Positions 26,590-38,590 of a stretch of DNA of 64,000 bases are shown piece after piece; the first letter of the stretch is position 1; the number at the start of each line of letters is the position of its first letter. The position numbers were made by a program, and so were the translations under genes. The notes below the pieces were generated by a model. That model was not told the DNA's origin. It worked only from the letters and a program-made list of their open reading frames with translations, and searched no databases. The stretch covers positions 9,858,001 to 9,922,000 of the forward strand of contig CDPCPM010000091.1 in NCBI GenBank assembly GCA_976551045.1. Reading direction: 5' to 3'. The DNA is from Glaucostegus cemiculus. Lineage: Eukaryota.

Positions 26590-26990
26590 AGCCCCTAGGG
26601 TTCAAGGATGATTTGCTTCCACTCCAGTTTTCTGGGTTCTGAAGCGGCTGATGAGACCAATTAAGGAGTAGCAGATTCTTCCACAGGTGGGGCAGGCAGG
26701 TGAGTACTCAGGCTTCCTTGTACTCCTGATGTTTGGTTGTGAGGTTCACAATACCATCGTGAATGCTCCATCCTCACCTCAAATGAACGATCATGGGTCA
26801 GGGATTTCCAGGAGTCAGCGGGGATACTGGATTTCTTCAAGGAGGCTTTGAGCATATCCTTGAATACTTTTCCTCTTTCCACCTGGCAATCTCTTTCCAT
26901 GACAGAGCTCGTAATAGAGTGTCTGCTCTTAAGAGTCTTCAATGTCAACCATGCTAACTATATGACCTGCCACATCGTGGCTAACTCAAA
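26590..26990 (-). mobile_element. RTE LINE 3' fragment
   Basis: FKDMLKASLKKSSIPADSWKSLTHDRS in ORF 26661-26948(-). Confidence 0.75.
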
Positions 26991-27477
26991 GCAAATTTTC
27001 CAGAAGGATAAGCATATCCCTACTAGTTTACTTTCATTTCCAAAACACTAACATTCATAAATATGGCAGGCACTGTGACTTCATCAGTTTTTCCTCACTC
27101 AGCTAACTTACAATGGTGTCCCCAAGTCAATATTATAGTATCATGATTTAATGATGAAAAAAAAATGAAACTGTCAAAAAAAATTGGGAAGGATTAGCCA
27201 TTCTCCCACAATTCCTGAAATCTCTTTGGCTAACGTTGCACTTCCAGCATTTGACTTTTTGGTTACACATTTTACAAAAGTGTGATTACTTAGATTTTCG
27301 ACTCAAGACCTCAGCCTTCCTCAAGTGTAAGTCATACTTTACTTATTTCTGCAGAAAAGAGCGTACTCAGTGGTTGGAGGAGCGAGCTGATGAAAGAATG
27401 GAACAATATGTAGAGCTTGTGCCAGGGAACATAATCCATTTCTACCAGTGTATTGGCAGCCTATTGGAGCATAACCA

Positions 27478-28100
27478 CATAAGAAATTGGAGCAGGAATC
27501 AGCCATATGGCCTCTTCAAACCTTCTCTATCGTTCAAAAAAATCATGGCTGATCTTTTACCTCAAACATCATTTTTCTCTTCTATTCCGATACCCTTTGA
27601 TTCATCTAATACCCAGAGAACTATAGAAAGCGTAGTGAACAAAGTCAGTGAGAGAACCTCCATAGTCCTCTGGGCTAGAGAATTCTAAAGATTCACCATT
27701 CTTTGAGTGAAGAAATTTGTCCTAATTTCAATCCTAAATGACCCACCCTCTCATTTTGAGGTGATGACCCCTAGTACTAGACCCCTTGGCCAGGAGAAAT
27801 CAAATCTATCCTTTTGAACCTGTAAGATTACCTCTCATTATTTTAATGGAGGCCAAGTCTACTCAATCCTCAGATGACAGAGCTACCATCCCAGAAACCA
27901 CTCTGATGGATCTTTGCTGCATTCCCTCGATAACTAAGTTCTTAGGTAAAGAGACCAAAACTGTACACAATAGTTCAGGTCTTGTCTCACCTAGGCCCTA
28001 TATAATCATTATAAGACATCTTTAATCTTGCACTCAAATCTCCTTGCAATAAAGGCTAACATATAATTTGTCTTCCTAACTGCATGCTGCACCTATGTGA
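27478..28100 (-). mobile_element. Older CR1 LINE fragment
   Basis: cataagaaattggagcagga tail; degenerate similarity to the adjacent 28110-28819 copy. Confidence 0.8.
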
Positions 28101-28109
28101 TTGGATATT

Positions 28110-28819
28110 AGACTATAGACAATAGACAATAGGTGCAGAAGTAGACCATTCAGCCCTTCGAGTCTGCACCGCCATTTTGAGATCATGGCTGATCATCAAC
28201 AATCAATATCCTGTTCCTGCTTTGTCCCCATATCCCTTGATTCCCTCATCCACAAGAAACCTATCTAGCTCCTTCTTGAAAGTGTCCAGAGAATTGGCCT
28301 CCACTGCCTTCCGAGGCAGCACATTCCACAAATTCACAGCCCTCTGGGAGAAGAAGTTTTTCCTCACCTCTGTCCTAAATGGCCTGCCCCTTATTCTTAA
28401 ATCATGCCCTCTGGTCCTGGACTTCCCCAACATCTGGAACATATTTCCTGTCTCCATCTTGTCCAATTCCTTAACAATCTTGTATGTTTCAATCAGATCC
28501 CCTCTCAATCTTCTCAATTCCAGCATGTACAATCCCAGTCTCTCCAACCTCTCAGCATAAGACAGTCCCGACATCCCCAGAATTAACCTCGTAAACCTAC
28601 GCTGCACGCCCTCTATAGCCAGGATATCCTTCCTTAACCCTGGAGACCAAAACAGTACACAATACTCCAGGAGCGGTCTCACCAGGGCCCTGTACATATG
28701 CAAAAGAATTTCTTTGCTCTTGTACTCAATTCCCTTTGTAATACAGGCCAACATTCCATTAGCCTTCATCACTGCCTGCCGTACTTGTTCATTCACTTTC
28801 AGTGACTAATGAACAAGGA
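28110..28819 (-). mobile_element. Young CR1 LINE 3' fragment
   Basis: 197-aa ORF 28203-28796(-) KANGMLA..EGVQRRFTR..GIKGYG; (GACAATA)n tail. Confidence 0.95.
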
Positions 28820-29429
28820 GCATTTTGCATCAATGAAGGCTCAAAAACATTTGGAATCACTCTGATTGGCCTGGAGGAGATGCCAAAAAGGTGAAAGCGA
28901 CCAATCCTGAATTACAAGCAACAAAGATGAACCAATGACAAAAGGGAATGTGCAACATTAAATTACTTGTCTTATCTTTGTTTTAATTACATTGCAAAGA
29001 TATTTTCCGTAGAGCTGTTAAGGATAGTTTCCAGCTACAAATGCACATTTTCAACATATGCATGTTTCAGGATTTGCACTATGCATCAGTGAGCATCTGA
29101 ATTGAAGGAAAGCCTGTCTTCTACATTTCATGCAGCTTGAAATCATGTGATTATTTTGATTCTCTCTAAGTGACTTTGAAAGTTATTGGATATACAATAC
29201 TTCTGGTACTTAACTGGATTGATCCCAAAAGTGGGCCCTCGAATTGAACCTAAGCCGCTTTCTTTGGGATGCCTGCTGCTTGCCAGCTTCAAGCTACTTG
29301 TTCATTGGCATGATTGCCGCATGCAGACAGCACCAACTGTGCCTTGCAATGAGAGAATGCATTGGCAGTGCACCCAGTGTCATGAGAGGCTAGCAGTGCT
29401 TAAAGCTTGCCGGCAATGCTTAAAGCCAG

Positions 29430-30885
29430 AAATAAAACAAAACAGAAAATACTGGAAATACTCAGCAATTTGAGGCCACATCTGTGGAGAGCAAAACAAA
29501 GTTCGCATTTTTGGTCAGTGACCTTTCATCAAAACTGGAAATGCTTAGATAACAGGCATTTTTTAAGTTACAGGGAGGGAGAAAGGGCGAGGAAACAAAG
29601 GGAATGTGTGAGATACAATGGAGAGACTGGATGGTACAGAGTCTGTTGACTGAGACGGAGTGAGGAAGTCTGAAAATCTGTCAGGAGGAGGTACAAACAG
29701 GGAAGAATAGAGAGGAGTGATTTAAAAAAAAAAAATCAAAATAAATCCATACTAAAACTGTGAGAAACAGAACACCATAATCTTATGAGGATAGGTTGAA
29801 TGAGCTAGGGCTTTTCTCTTTGGAGAGAAAGAGGATGAGAGGTGACTTGATAGAGGTGTACAAGGTGATAAGAGGCATAGATCAAGTGGACAGTCAGAGA
29901 CTTTTTCCCAAGGTGAAAATGGCTAACACGAGGGGACATAATTTTAAGATTATTGGAGGAAGGTATAATGGGGATGTCAGAGTTAAGTTTTTTACACAGA
30001 GAGTAATGGGTGCGTGGAACGCACTGCCAGCAAAGGTTGTGAGCGCAGATACATTTAAAAGACTCTTAGATAGACACATGAATGATAGAGAAGTGGAGGG
30101 CTATGTGGGAGGGAAGGGTTAGATAGGTATTAGAGCAGGATAAAATGTCGGCACAACATCGTGGGCCGAAGGGCCTGTACTGTGCTGTAGTGGTCTATGT
30201 TCTATATGTTGTACAATAAAGTCTGGAGACCTGAAAGAGGAGACGACACAAGGAAAGCCCAGCATGTCAGGCAGCATCTGTGGAGAGAGAAATAGCATAT
30301 TAAATCATAGTCTGAAAATCAAAAGATGCTGGAAATCTTAAAAACAATCATAGGAATTGCAAAAAAAATACAGAGCAGGTCAGGCAGTATCTGTGGAAAG
30401 AGAAACAGGCCCAACACCCCCAAGTGATGGCCCTTCTCCAGCCCAACCATAAATGATCATTGACCTGATACACTAACCTTGCTCCCCTCCCCTCAGGAGG
30501 TCACCCAACCTGCAGAGCATCCCCCGCATTCTCTACTCTTAACCCAGATCCGGCCAGTTCTGACAATGGCTGGAAAGGCTGGTCACCTGAAATCACTAAG
30601 TTCACTGTTGAGCTTCGATGACTGCAGGGTGTGAGCCTGGAACGTGAGATATTGTTCTTTGAATTAAGTTGGGGTTTCACTGGGACAGTCTAGGAGCCAA
30701 AGACAGATGTCAGTTTGGGAGTAGGATGGAGGAGTAAAGTGACAGGCCTAAAGCTCAGAGGCACCCCTGATGTCTGAATGGAGGTATTCCACTCATTCTG
30801 CATTTGGGTTCTCCAGTGTAGAGGGGACTAAATGCAAGATCTAAATCCAAAGGAGTGCAAATGAATCACTACTTCACCTGCCTTG
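29430..30885 (-). mobile_element. Old Penelope remnants (several terminal-repeat pieces and a GIY-YIG-region relic) with nested CR1
   Basis: Repeated gtcaggcagcatctgtggagagagaaa motifs at 30267 and 30379; 30585-30880 resembles 9500-9790. Confidence 0.6.
29781..30205 (+). mobile_element. CR1 LINE 3' fragment
   Basis: ORF 29796-30122 LGLFSLERKRMRGDLIEVYK..FFTQRVMGAWNALP. Confidence 0.93.
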
Positions 30886-30887
30886 GG

Positions 30888-31088
30888 TTCCACTGTCCTG
30901 GGTTGCACTGATCCATTTACGTTACCTTAACGTATACTGCGATCAGTTACATTGCTCTACTTTACTGACTAACACTGCCCTGAATTACACTGGCCTGAGT
31001 TACACTATCCTGAGTTAAAATGCTCTGAGTTACATTGCCCTTAGTTACACTTCACTTGTACACTGCCTTTCATTTCACTGCACAGTTA
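30888..31088. repeat. Degenerate minisatellite, about 15-bp unit (TTACACTGCCCTGAG)
   Basis: ttacactggcctgag ttacactatcctgag ttaaaatgctctgag ttacattgcccttag. Confidence 0.75.
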
Positions 31089-31329
31089 TACAAACTTTTA
31101 GGCTGTTAATTCATCACGGTTGATGCACATGATTAATACAACCACTTCTTATCCAGTTTGTGATGTATCTCTAAACATGAAACATATGTTTTTCTCTGTA
31201 TCTGTATGGGTGTTTGTATTGTAATCCCATTTGGTAGCAAAGTCATGTAGTGTGCCCGCTTTTCAACAGTGTATGTTTCACAGACCTTCAATTTTTATGA
31301 GGAGTTTAAAGTCTCAATATGTAATAGGC

Positions 31330-31968
31330 TCATTGGTTTATTATTGTCACATGTACCAAGGTACAGTGAAAAACTTAGTTTTGCATGCTATCCATGTAGA
31401 TCATTTCACAACATAAGTGCATCAAAGTAGTACAAGGGAAAAGCAATAACAGAATTCAGAATATGGTATTACAGTTACAGTCATGGATAAAGTGCAGTGC
31501 AGGTAGAAAATAAAGTCCAAGGGCCATGAAGGGATAAATGTGTGAGGTCGAGAGTTCATATTTATCACCTTTTCAATAGTCTTATAACAGTGGGATAGAA
31601 GCTCGGTGGTGCATGTTTTCAAGCTTTTGTATCTTCTGCCAATGGAATTTGGGATAAGTGAGAATGTCCAGGGTGGGGGAAATAATTGAATGTGTCAACT
31701 GCTTTTCTGAGGCAGCGAGTAGTGTAGACAGAGTTCATGGAGAGGAGGTTAGCTTTCATGATGGCCTGAGCTGTGTCCTCAACCCTCTACAATTTCTTGG
31801 GCAGAATGGTTGCTTTACCAAGTTGTGATGCATCTGGTTAGGATGCTTTCTAAAGTGTATTTATAAAAGTTGGTGAGGGTCATCATGGACATACCAAGTT
31901 TCCTTAACCTTCTGAAGAAGTAGAGGTGTTGGTGCGCTTTCTTGGCCATGGTGTCTACGTGGTTGGAG
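31330..31968 (-). mobile_element. Rex-Babar LINE 3' fragment
   Basis: AKKAHQHLYFFRRLRKLGMS..LTNFYKYTLESILTRCITTW. Confidence 0.88.
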
Positions 31969-32547
31969 TATGGGGCAAATACCCCAGCATACAAATCATC
32001 TCGTAAATAAACTTCTACATCTCTTGCATACACACACATTCACTCAATGCATTCTAAGGATACTACCTTGTTATTTTTTTAATGCGTGCTAATTGCATAC
32101 TCCTACTTTGACCATACTGCTTGCCCCAGAATTGGGACCATTAAATCCTGGAGCCTTGTTTTCTCCACATTTCCATCAAATTCTTTCTCCATTCCTATAG
32201 TCCTTAACAATCCCTTCTTTCTTGCTCCATGGAAACCGCAGCAAGTTACAGTACAGGGACAATTGTCTCCTAACTTTAATAAATAAACATTCCCACCGTG
32301 GACTCCTAACTTTCAGAAACAGCCACGGTGTCATTTGCCACTGATTTAGTCAACACGAAGTCGGGTGCTGATTGCTGCAATCAAAGCATCTTTGGTCCCT
32401 TAACCAACTTCTCTCATGAATGGATCATAAAGGAGTGATCACAGGGTTGATCAGGATCACACGTTCCCACACAACACCTGCATGCACAATCCAAAAATCG
32501 ATTAGTTTACAGCAAGAACCATCAGGAGGATCTCCAAAGATGTTCAG

Positions 32548-33492
32548 GAATGAAGGGTGGGTTGGTAACTTTGCAGATGACACGAAGGTTGGTGGTGTAG
32601 TAGATAGTGAAGAAGGTTGTCGTAGGTTGCAATGCGATATAGACAGGATGCAGAGCTGGATGGAGAAGTGGCAGATGGAGTTCAAACCGGAGAAGTGTGA
32701 AGTGATACACTTTGGAAGATCAAACTTGAAGGCAGATTACATGGTTAATGGCAGGATTCTTAGCAGTGTGGAGGAACAGAGAGATCTTGGGGCCCAAGTA
32801 CCTAGATCCCTCACAGGTTGCCACACAAGTTGATAGGGTGGTTAAGGAGGCATATGGTGTGCTGGCCTTCATTAGCCAGGGGATTGAGTTCAAGAGCCGA
32901 GAAGTAATGTTACAGCTCTATGAGACTCTGGTTAGACCGCACTTGGAATATTGTGTTCATTTCTGGTCACCACATTAAGGGAAGGATGAGGAAGCTTTGG
33001 AGAGGGTGCAGAAGAGAGTTACAAGGATTGGAGAACATGTCTTATGAGGAAAGGTTGAGGAAGTTAGGGCTTTTCCCTTTGGAGCGACTGAGGATGGGAG
33101 GTGACTTTTCCCTTTGGAGCGACTGAGGATGGGAGGTGACTTGATAGAGGTATATAAGATTATGAGAGGTGTAGGCAGAATGGACAGTCAGTATCTTTTC
33201 CCCAAGGTGGCAATGGCCAACACTAGAAGTCACCCATTTTAGGTGCATGGAGAAAAGTTCAGGGGAGATGTCAGAGATAGGTTTTTTACTCAGAGAGTGG
33301 GGGGTGCCTGGAATGCACTGCCGGGGGTGGTGGTAGGGGCCGATATGATAGGCTCATTTAAGGGAGTCTTAGTTAGGCACATGGACAAAAGAAAAATTGA
33401 GGGTTATGGGAAGTGAATTAGAGAGGAGGATAAATTGAACGTGGATAAGGTCGGCACAACATCGTGGGCTGGACTATGTTCTATGTTTTATG
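32548..33492 (+). mobile_element. CR1 LINE 3' fragment with internal 35-bp tandem duplication
   Basis: FADDTKVGG RT motif, WQMEF, VRPHLEYCV; duplication at 33070-33139. Confidence 0.93.
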
Positions 33493-34919
33493 AAAAGCGG
33501 AGGAGTGCCTTAGAAGAGCGAAAAGAAAAACTGAAACAAAAAATCCAAAGGTCAAATTCGTGCTGAGATTCAGGCAGGGAAAAATCAAGTGGTATGAGAT
33601 GTGAAGAAAAGAGAAGGCAAACAATTACCACATGTGCCTATCCTGAAACTGGTAGGAATCAATAATGGGGACCCAGGTGATTCAGATGCTGCAAAGGAAC
33701 AAGAAAAGATTGAAGAGGTATATGAGATGCATGAAAAGCTGGTATATTGTTTAAAACAGAATGGCGGTAGATTTTTTTCAGTTTTGTTAGGGAGCAACAT
33801 TGTATTTTTTTTCTAGTTTTGAACAGGCAGCATTAAGCCATAGCTCATTACTTCAGTTTTGTGGTGTTCAATAAAAAGCAACCCTAGGCAAGAAATTTGC
33901 TCCAACTCATGGCTTCCAGCAAACAGGAGAGCATTTGGAGACATCTCGGCAGGTGGATGTGGTTTGTAGGTGCATATTGCTTTGCTTACAGCTGTGGAGA
34001 ACAATTAACAGGTTAAAAAGAATCACATATTAATTTGTGTCTGTGTTATCTTTACATGCACGCATCTTTACAGTGATTAATTGTCAGCCCCAAAATTACT
34101 GTCATTATTCCTTTTACAGTCTAAATATTTGTAGTGAGAGGTAATAAAGTGAACTTTTTTTATTTGTGTTGCAGGTGGCCATCTGCTTTCACAACTAGCC
34201 AATTGGTTATACCACCTTGAGTGAAATGGAAGCAACGAGCAAAAAGCCAAGAACAAAAATAGTCTGATTTTCATGTTTTGGCATTGAACGAATAGTGGTC
34301 CGGGAGTTTCAATGATCTGCTATTTAAGATCAAACTAAATGTTACTTTAGGCTTTTATATTGTACAGAGAAAGCTGCTGACCACTTGATTTTGCTGCATT
34401 GAGTAGATACACTATAATGTGCTTTAACACCCACACATCAAGCAATTAAATGGGAAGCCTTATTAATTAAAGGACAATTGAAAATGATAAATGCTATATT
34501 GAGGCAGTAAAATCCCAGAAATAGCAGAGTGGAGGAGGTCAATGTTACATTTACAACTTAGCCATGGGAAAGCCAAGGTTACAGGAGTAGGAATGCATAG
34601 GCATACAATTTAATAGAAGGGTATCCCTTTCAGTCTTGGTAAGCATTGGTGCAGAGGCCTTCAGAGAACATCTCTGAGTCGATGCTGTCTCCCAAACCTG
34701 ATGGATCAGGAAGAACATGTCAGATTTAAAGAAATCTCCTAAAGTAATCCCACAGTTCTATCATATGTGACAAGCACCTGCCACAAATAAGAAAGAAACT
34801 CATCTTTGTAATCAGTTTTATGTTTTGTTCCTTGATGTAGACTACCAAGCTGTTATAGGAGATTATCCAGATTTCAACCCAGCTTAATAGACATAAGAGC
34901 TGAAGGTAAGGGAGATTCA

Positions 34920-35372
34920 CCATGGGTGTTTCCTGGAAAGGAGGGCTGTTGTCATAAAGAGAGATTGGCTAGGCTGAGTATATTCTCAGATAGAAGGCAG
35001 AGGGATGACTTTAAAGAGGTTTATAAAATAATGAGGGCATAGATAGGATAAATAGAATCATTTTCCAAGCACAGGGGAGTCTAGAAATAGAGTGCACAGG
35101 ATTAAGGTGAGAGGGGAGAAACTTAAAGGGGCTCTGAGGGGTAAGTTTTTCAGAGAGTGATCATTCTTTGGAATGAGCTGCCAGAGGAGGTGGTGAAGGC
35201 AGATACAATTACATGTAAAAGGCATTCGAACTGGTACTTGCATAGGAAAGGAGTAGAGAGTAACTGGCTAAATGGGGGCAAAAGGAACTAGGATAGGTAA
35301 GCACCACGGTCAGCATGGGTAAGGTCTGCTGAAAGGGCCTGTTTCTGTGCTGCGTGTTGCTATGATTCTGTG
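34920..35372 (+). mobile_element. Older CR1 3' fragment
   Basis: gagtctagaaatagagtgcacagg..aagggcctgtttctgtgctg tail. Confidence 0.8.
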
Positions 35373-35439
35373 AAAAACTGCACAGGTCAAAGGGAGGTAG
35401 GTTTACGTTGTTATCTGATGCCTTGGTGTTTCAGGTAAA

Positions 35440-35946
35440 TACAACAGCAACATTTAAGAGGCATTAGACAGACACATGATCAGGTAGGGAAATGGAGGGA
35501 TATTGTCCACGTGCAGGCAGATGGGATTAGTTTGGATTAGACATCATGGTCTGAAGGTGTCACAACGTTGATTGAAGAGCAAGCTCACAGAGAACCCAAA
35601 TGCGGCACACTGGTACAAGACTGGAGTCAGGATACTTCCTCAGGACCAGACACAGGCAACACTGGAAGGAAATCTTGCCTCAGAGATCTGAGTAGTAATC
35701 CCAACACTAACTGAACCTTCAAGGTTGACCAATCCTCTGGCAACTAGTGCTAGAGAAACCCAGGTACTTATGCTAGGCCCCTGATGGGGCTCAGGTGTGT
35801 GTCATTGTGCAATCAGTCCAGCATGGAATCCATGCGCTGTACAACGAGGCATCTAAGGAGCCAAATCAAGGGCCAGTACTCAGAATCATGACAGAAGGGG
35901 CTGTTCCTGTACTATTTTACGTTCTATGTGCGATGTTTGTTCTATG
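35440..35946 (+). mobile_element. CR1 tail split by a solo LTR
   Basis: ..catggtctgaagg | LTR | gaaggggctgttcctgtact..gttctatgt. Confidence 0.75.
35558..35893 (-). mobile_element. Solo LTR copy 1 (336 bp), probably Gypsy-type
   Basis: TGTCA...TGACA termini; 5-bp TSD GAAGG; highly similar to copies 2 and 3. Strand inferred from a TATA-like cataa(g/a)tacc. Confidence 0.85.
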
Positions 35947-37374
35947 TACAGGAACAACCGCCTCACTATCATTTTTACCTCAGCTTCCTGTGTGTCTTCA
36001 GGATTCTGCTGCTCTCTTGTTTTCATTGGCCAATGCATCTTTCAACTTCTTCAGGAACCTGAGGATAGTAGTCCAGATGATATTGCACACATTACCAGTG
36101 TTAGCCTGGAAGTTTAACATCCTTAATAGTCCCTGCACCAACCATGCAGATATCAGATCTTGTGGGCTAGTCTTGGTCTGGAGACAATTAGGCTTTATTG
36201 CATGTATATGCATCAGTCTTGTAAAGGATTAATCCTTATTCAGTGCTAGGCATCAGGAACAATGTTCACAATGGAAAGTGCAGCAATTGGGCCAGATGAT
36301 ACATCTTGTGGTTCATTTGACATGTCTGACATTCAATTTCTAGCACTTCTCACCTAAATCTAGTGGTTAGAGCATACAAAGTATGATAACCATTGTGAGG
36401 TGGATAAAGCAAGGAGTGAAATTGACTTTGGGCAGAAATGCAAAACAAAAAACATAAATCAATTCTCAAATTCATACTCTGTCTGACTTTGCCTTTACAA
36501 TATAGAGTGGGTTCTGATTCCAAGTTCCCCGTATGCTGCTGTTCAGCCTCTACAACAGATAAGTGGCATTAACCAATATATGGGCTCTAGAAATGGAATG
36601 TAACTATACTGCCTGAGTCTTGATATATGGTTGGTTACAAACACGTCCATAGTGCTAAACATACTATTTAGTCAGGTCAGCAAATTGTCCTCTATCTTAG
36701 AAACTTATTCCAGTGAAGTTAATGGGAGGAATTCTGAAGGCAGAAGGCAACACCCTGATCTGCTCGCACGGCACATTTAGCACTAGCAACTGAGGATTAA
36801 TTTCTAGGTATGTGTATTTTCCACTTTATTAGCAATACCCTGCGGTATGCTGGAACCATAGCATGAGCTGACCAATCTTCAGTGTTTAACCCTTTAAAAT
36901 TACCAATAATTTAATCTCAAATACCACATGAATGCATCCAGTGCCAGCATTAATTTACAGCTTTATGTGTCGGAAATTTATATTGACGCAAATTTTAAAC
37001 ACTTCCTTTAAAAGGCTGTGTGAATCAACATGAAAATATGCACACGCGTCTAATTTCACTTGCACATTTTAGAGGCTTAAATATGGACCAAAGGGTAATT
37101 TTCAGAATTCACACTCCCAGTAGCTAGTCTTCCTAGCTGAGAGCATGTACTGGGCATCAGAGCAAGTACTGGATACAATTGTCTGATCATTATTTTGAAA
37201 TGATTTGAAAATTCTGTGTGGTATCTGTATGAATTTCTGGCATGTCCCCTCTAGGAACAAGGTTGTCTCCTGAGAACTTTAAATCCTCACTTGCTGCTCC
37301 TCAGAGCAAATGATCAAGACTGCTGAAGAGTCAGTAACATGACAGACTTCTGTAAGGAAATCCAGTACCAAACA

Positions 37375-38590
37375 GGCAGATAGTGTGGTGAAAAATGTTT
37401 CATGGGCCGAGGGCTAAGTATACTAGTTGGGACATCATGTTGCAGCTGTACCAAACAGTGGTTAGACTGCACTTGGAGTATAGTGAACAGTTCTGGTCAC
37501 CATACTACAGAAAGGATGTGGTAGCAATAGAGAGAGTACAGAAGAGATTCACCACGATATTGCTTAAAATGAAGGGCTGTATTTATAAGGAGAGATTGGA
37601 TAATCCAGGTTTATTCTCATTGGAATGTAGGAGACTGAGGGGTGACCTTATAGAGAGGTTTATACAATTATGGTAAATTGATTTATTATTCTCACATGTA
37701 CTGAGGGACAGTGAAAAACTTTGTGTTGCATACCATCCATACAGATCATTTCATTAAAACAGTGCATTGAAGTAGTACAAGGGAAAGCGATAACAGAATG
37801 CAGATTAAAGTGTTACAGTTACAGAGAAAATGCAGTGCAGGTAAGGTCATGACGCGGTAGATTGTGAGGTGAAGAGTCTATCTTATCGTATGAGGGGATC
37901 ATTCAATAGTCTTATAACAATGGGATAGAAGCTGTCCTTGAGCCTGGTGGTACTGTCTTCAGGCTTTTGTATCTTCTGCCCAATGGGATGGGGAGAAGAG
38001 ACAAAATGAACCAGGTGGGTGGGGTCTTTGATTATGCTGCTGCTTCACCGAGGCAGCGAGAAGTATAGACAGAGTCCAAAGAGGGGAGGCTGGTTTCCAT
38101 GATGTGCTGAGCTGTGTCCACAACTCTCTGCAGTTTCTCATGGTCTCAGGCAGAGCAGTTGCTGTACCAGGCCGTGATGCATCTGGATAGGATGCTTTCT
38201 ATGGTGCATTGATAAAAATTGGTGAGGGTCAAAGGGGACATGCCAAATTTCTTTCTTCAATGAATTATAAATAGGATACATAGTCTTTTTCCTGGGGCAG
38301 GGGGATCTAGAAGTAGGTTTTAGATGGGGGGGGGGAACTTAAAGGAGATCTAAGAGATAAATTTTTAACACAGAGGATGGTGAACATCTGAAAAAGGTTG
38401 CCAGAAAAAATAGTGGAGGTGGACACAAATACAGTTTAAAAGATATCTGAACAGGTACTTTGATAGGAAAGGCATAGAGAGATACGGGCCTAATGTGGGC
38501 AAATGAAGTTAGCGTGGATAGACATCACGGCTAGCATGGATGAGGTGGGCTGCTAGTGTCTGCTTCTGTGCTGTGGGATTCTATGATTCT
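37375..38590 (+). mobile_element. CR1 fragment split by a Rex-Babar insertion
   Basis: LHLEYSEQFWSPYYRKD..RRLRGDLIE before 37672; 3' part resumes at about 38260. Confidence 0.85.
37672..38256 (-). mobile_element. Rex-Babar LINE 3' fragment
   Basis: Same subfamily as 31330-31968 (tttattatt..cacatgtac..acagtgaaaaact tail). Confidence 0.88.

Noticed and set aside
30888-31088. CRISPR-like array
   Set aside because: Eukaryotic DNA with degenerate tandem units and no spacers.
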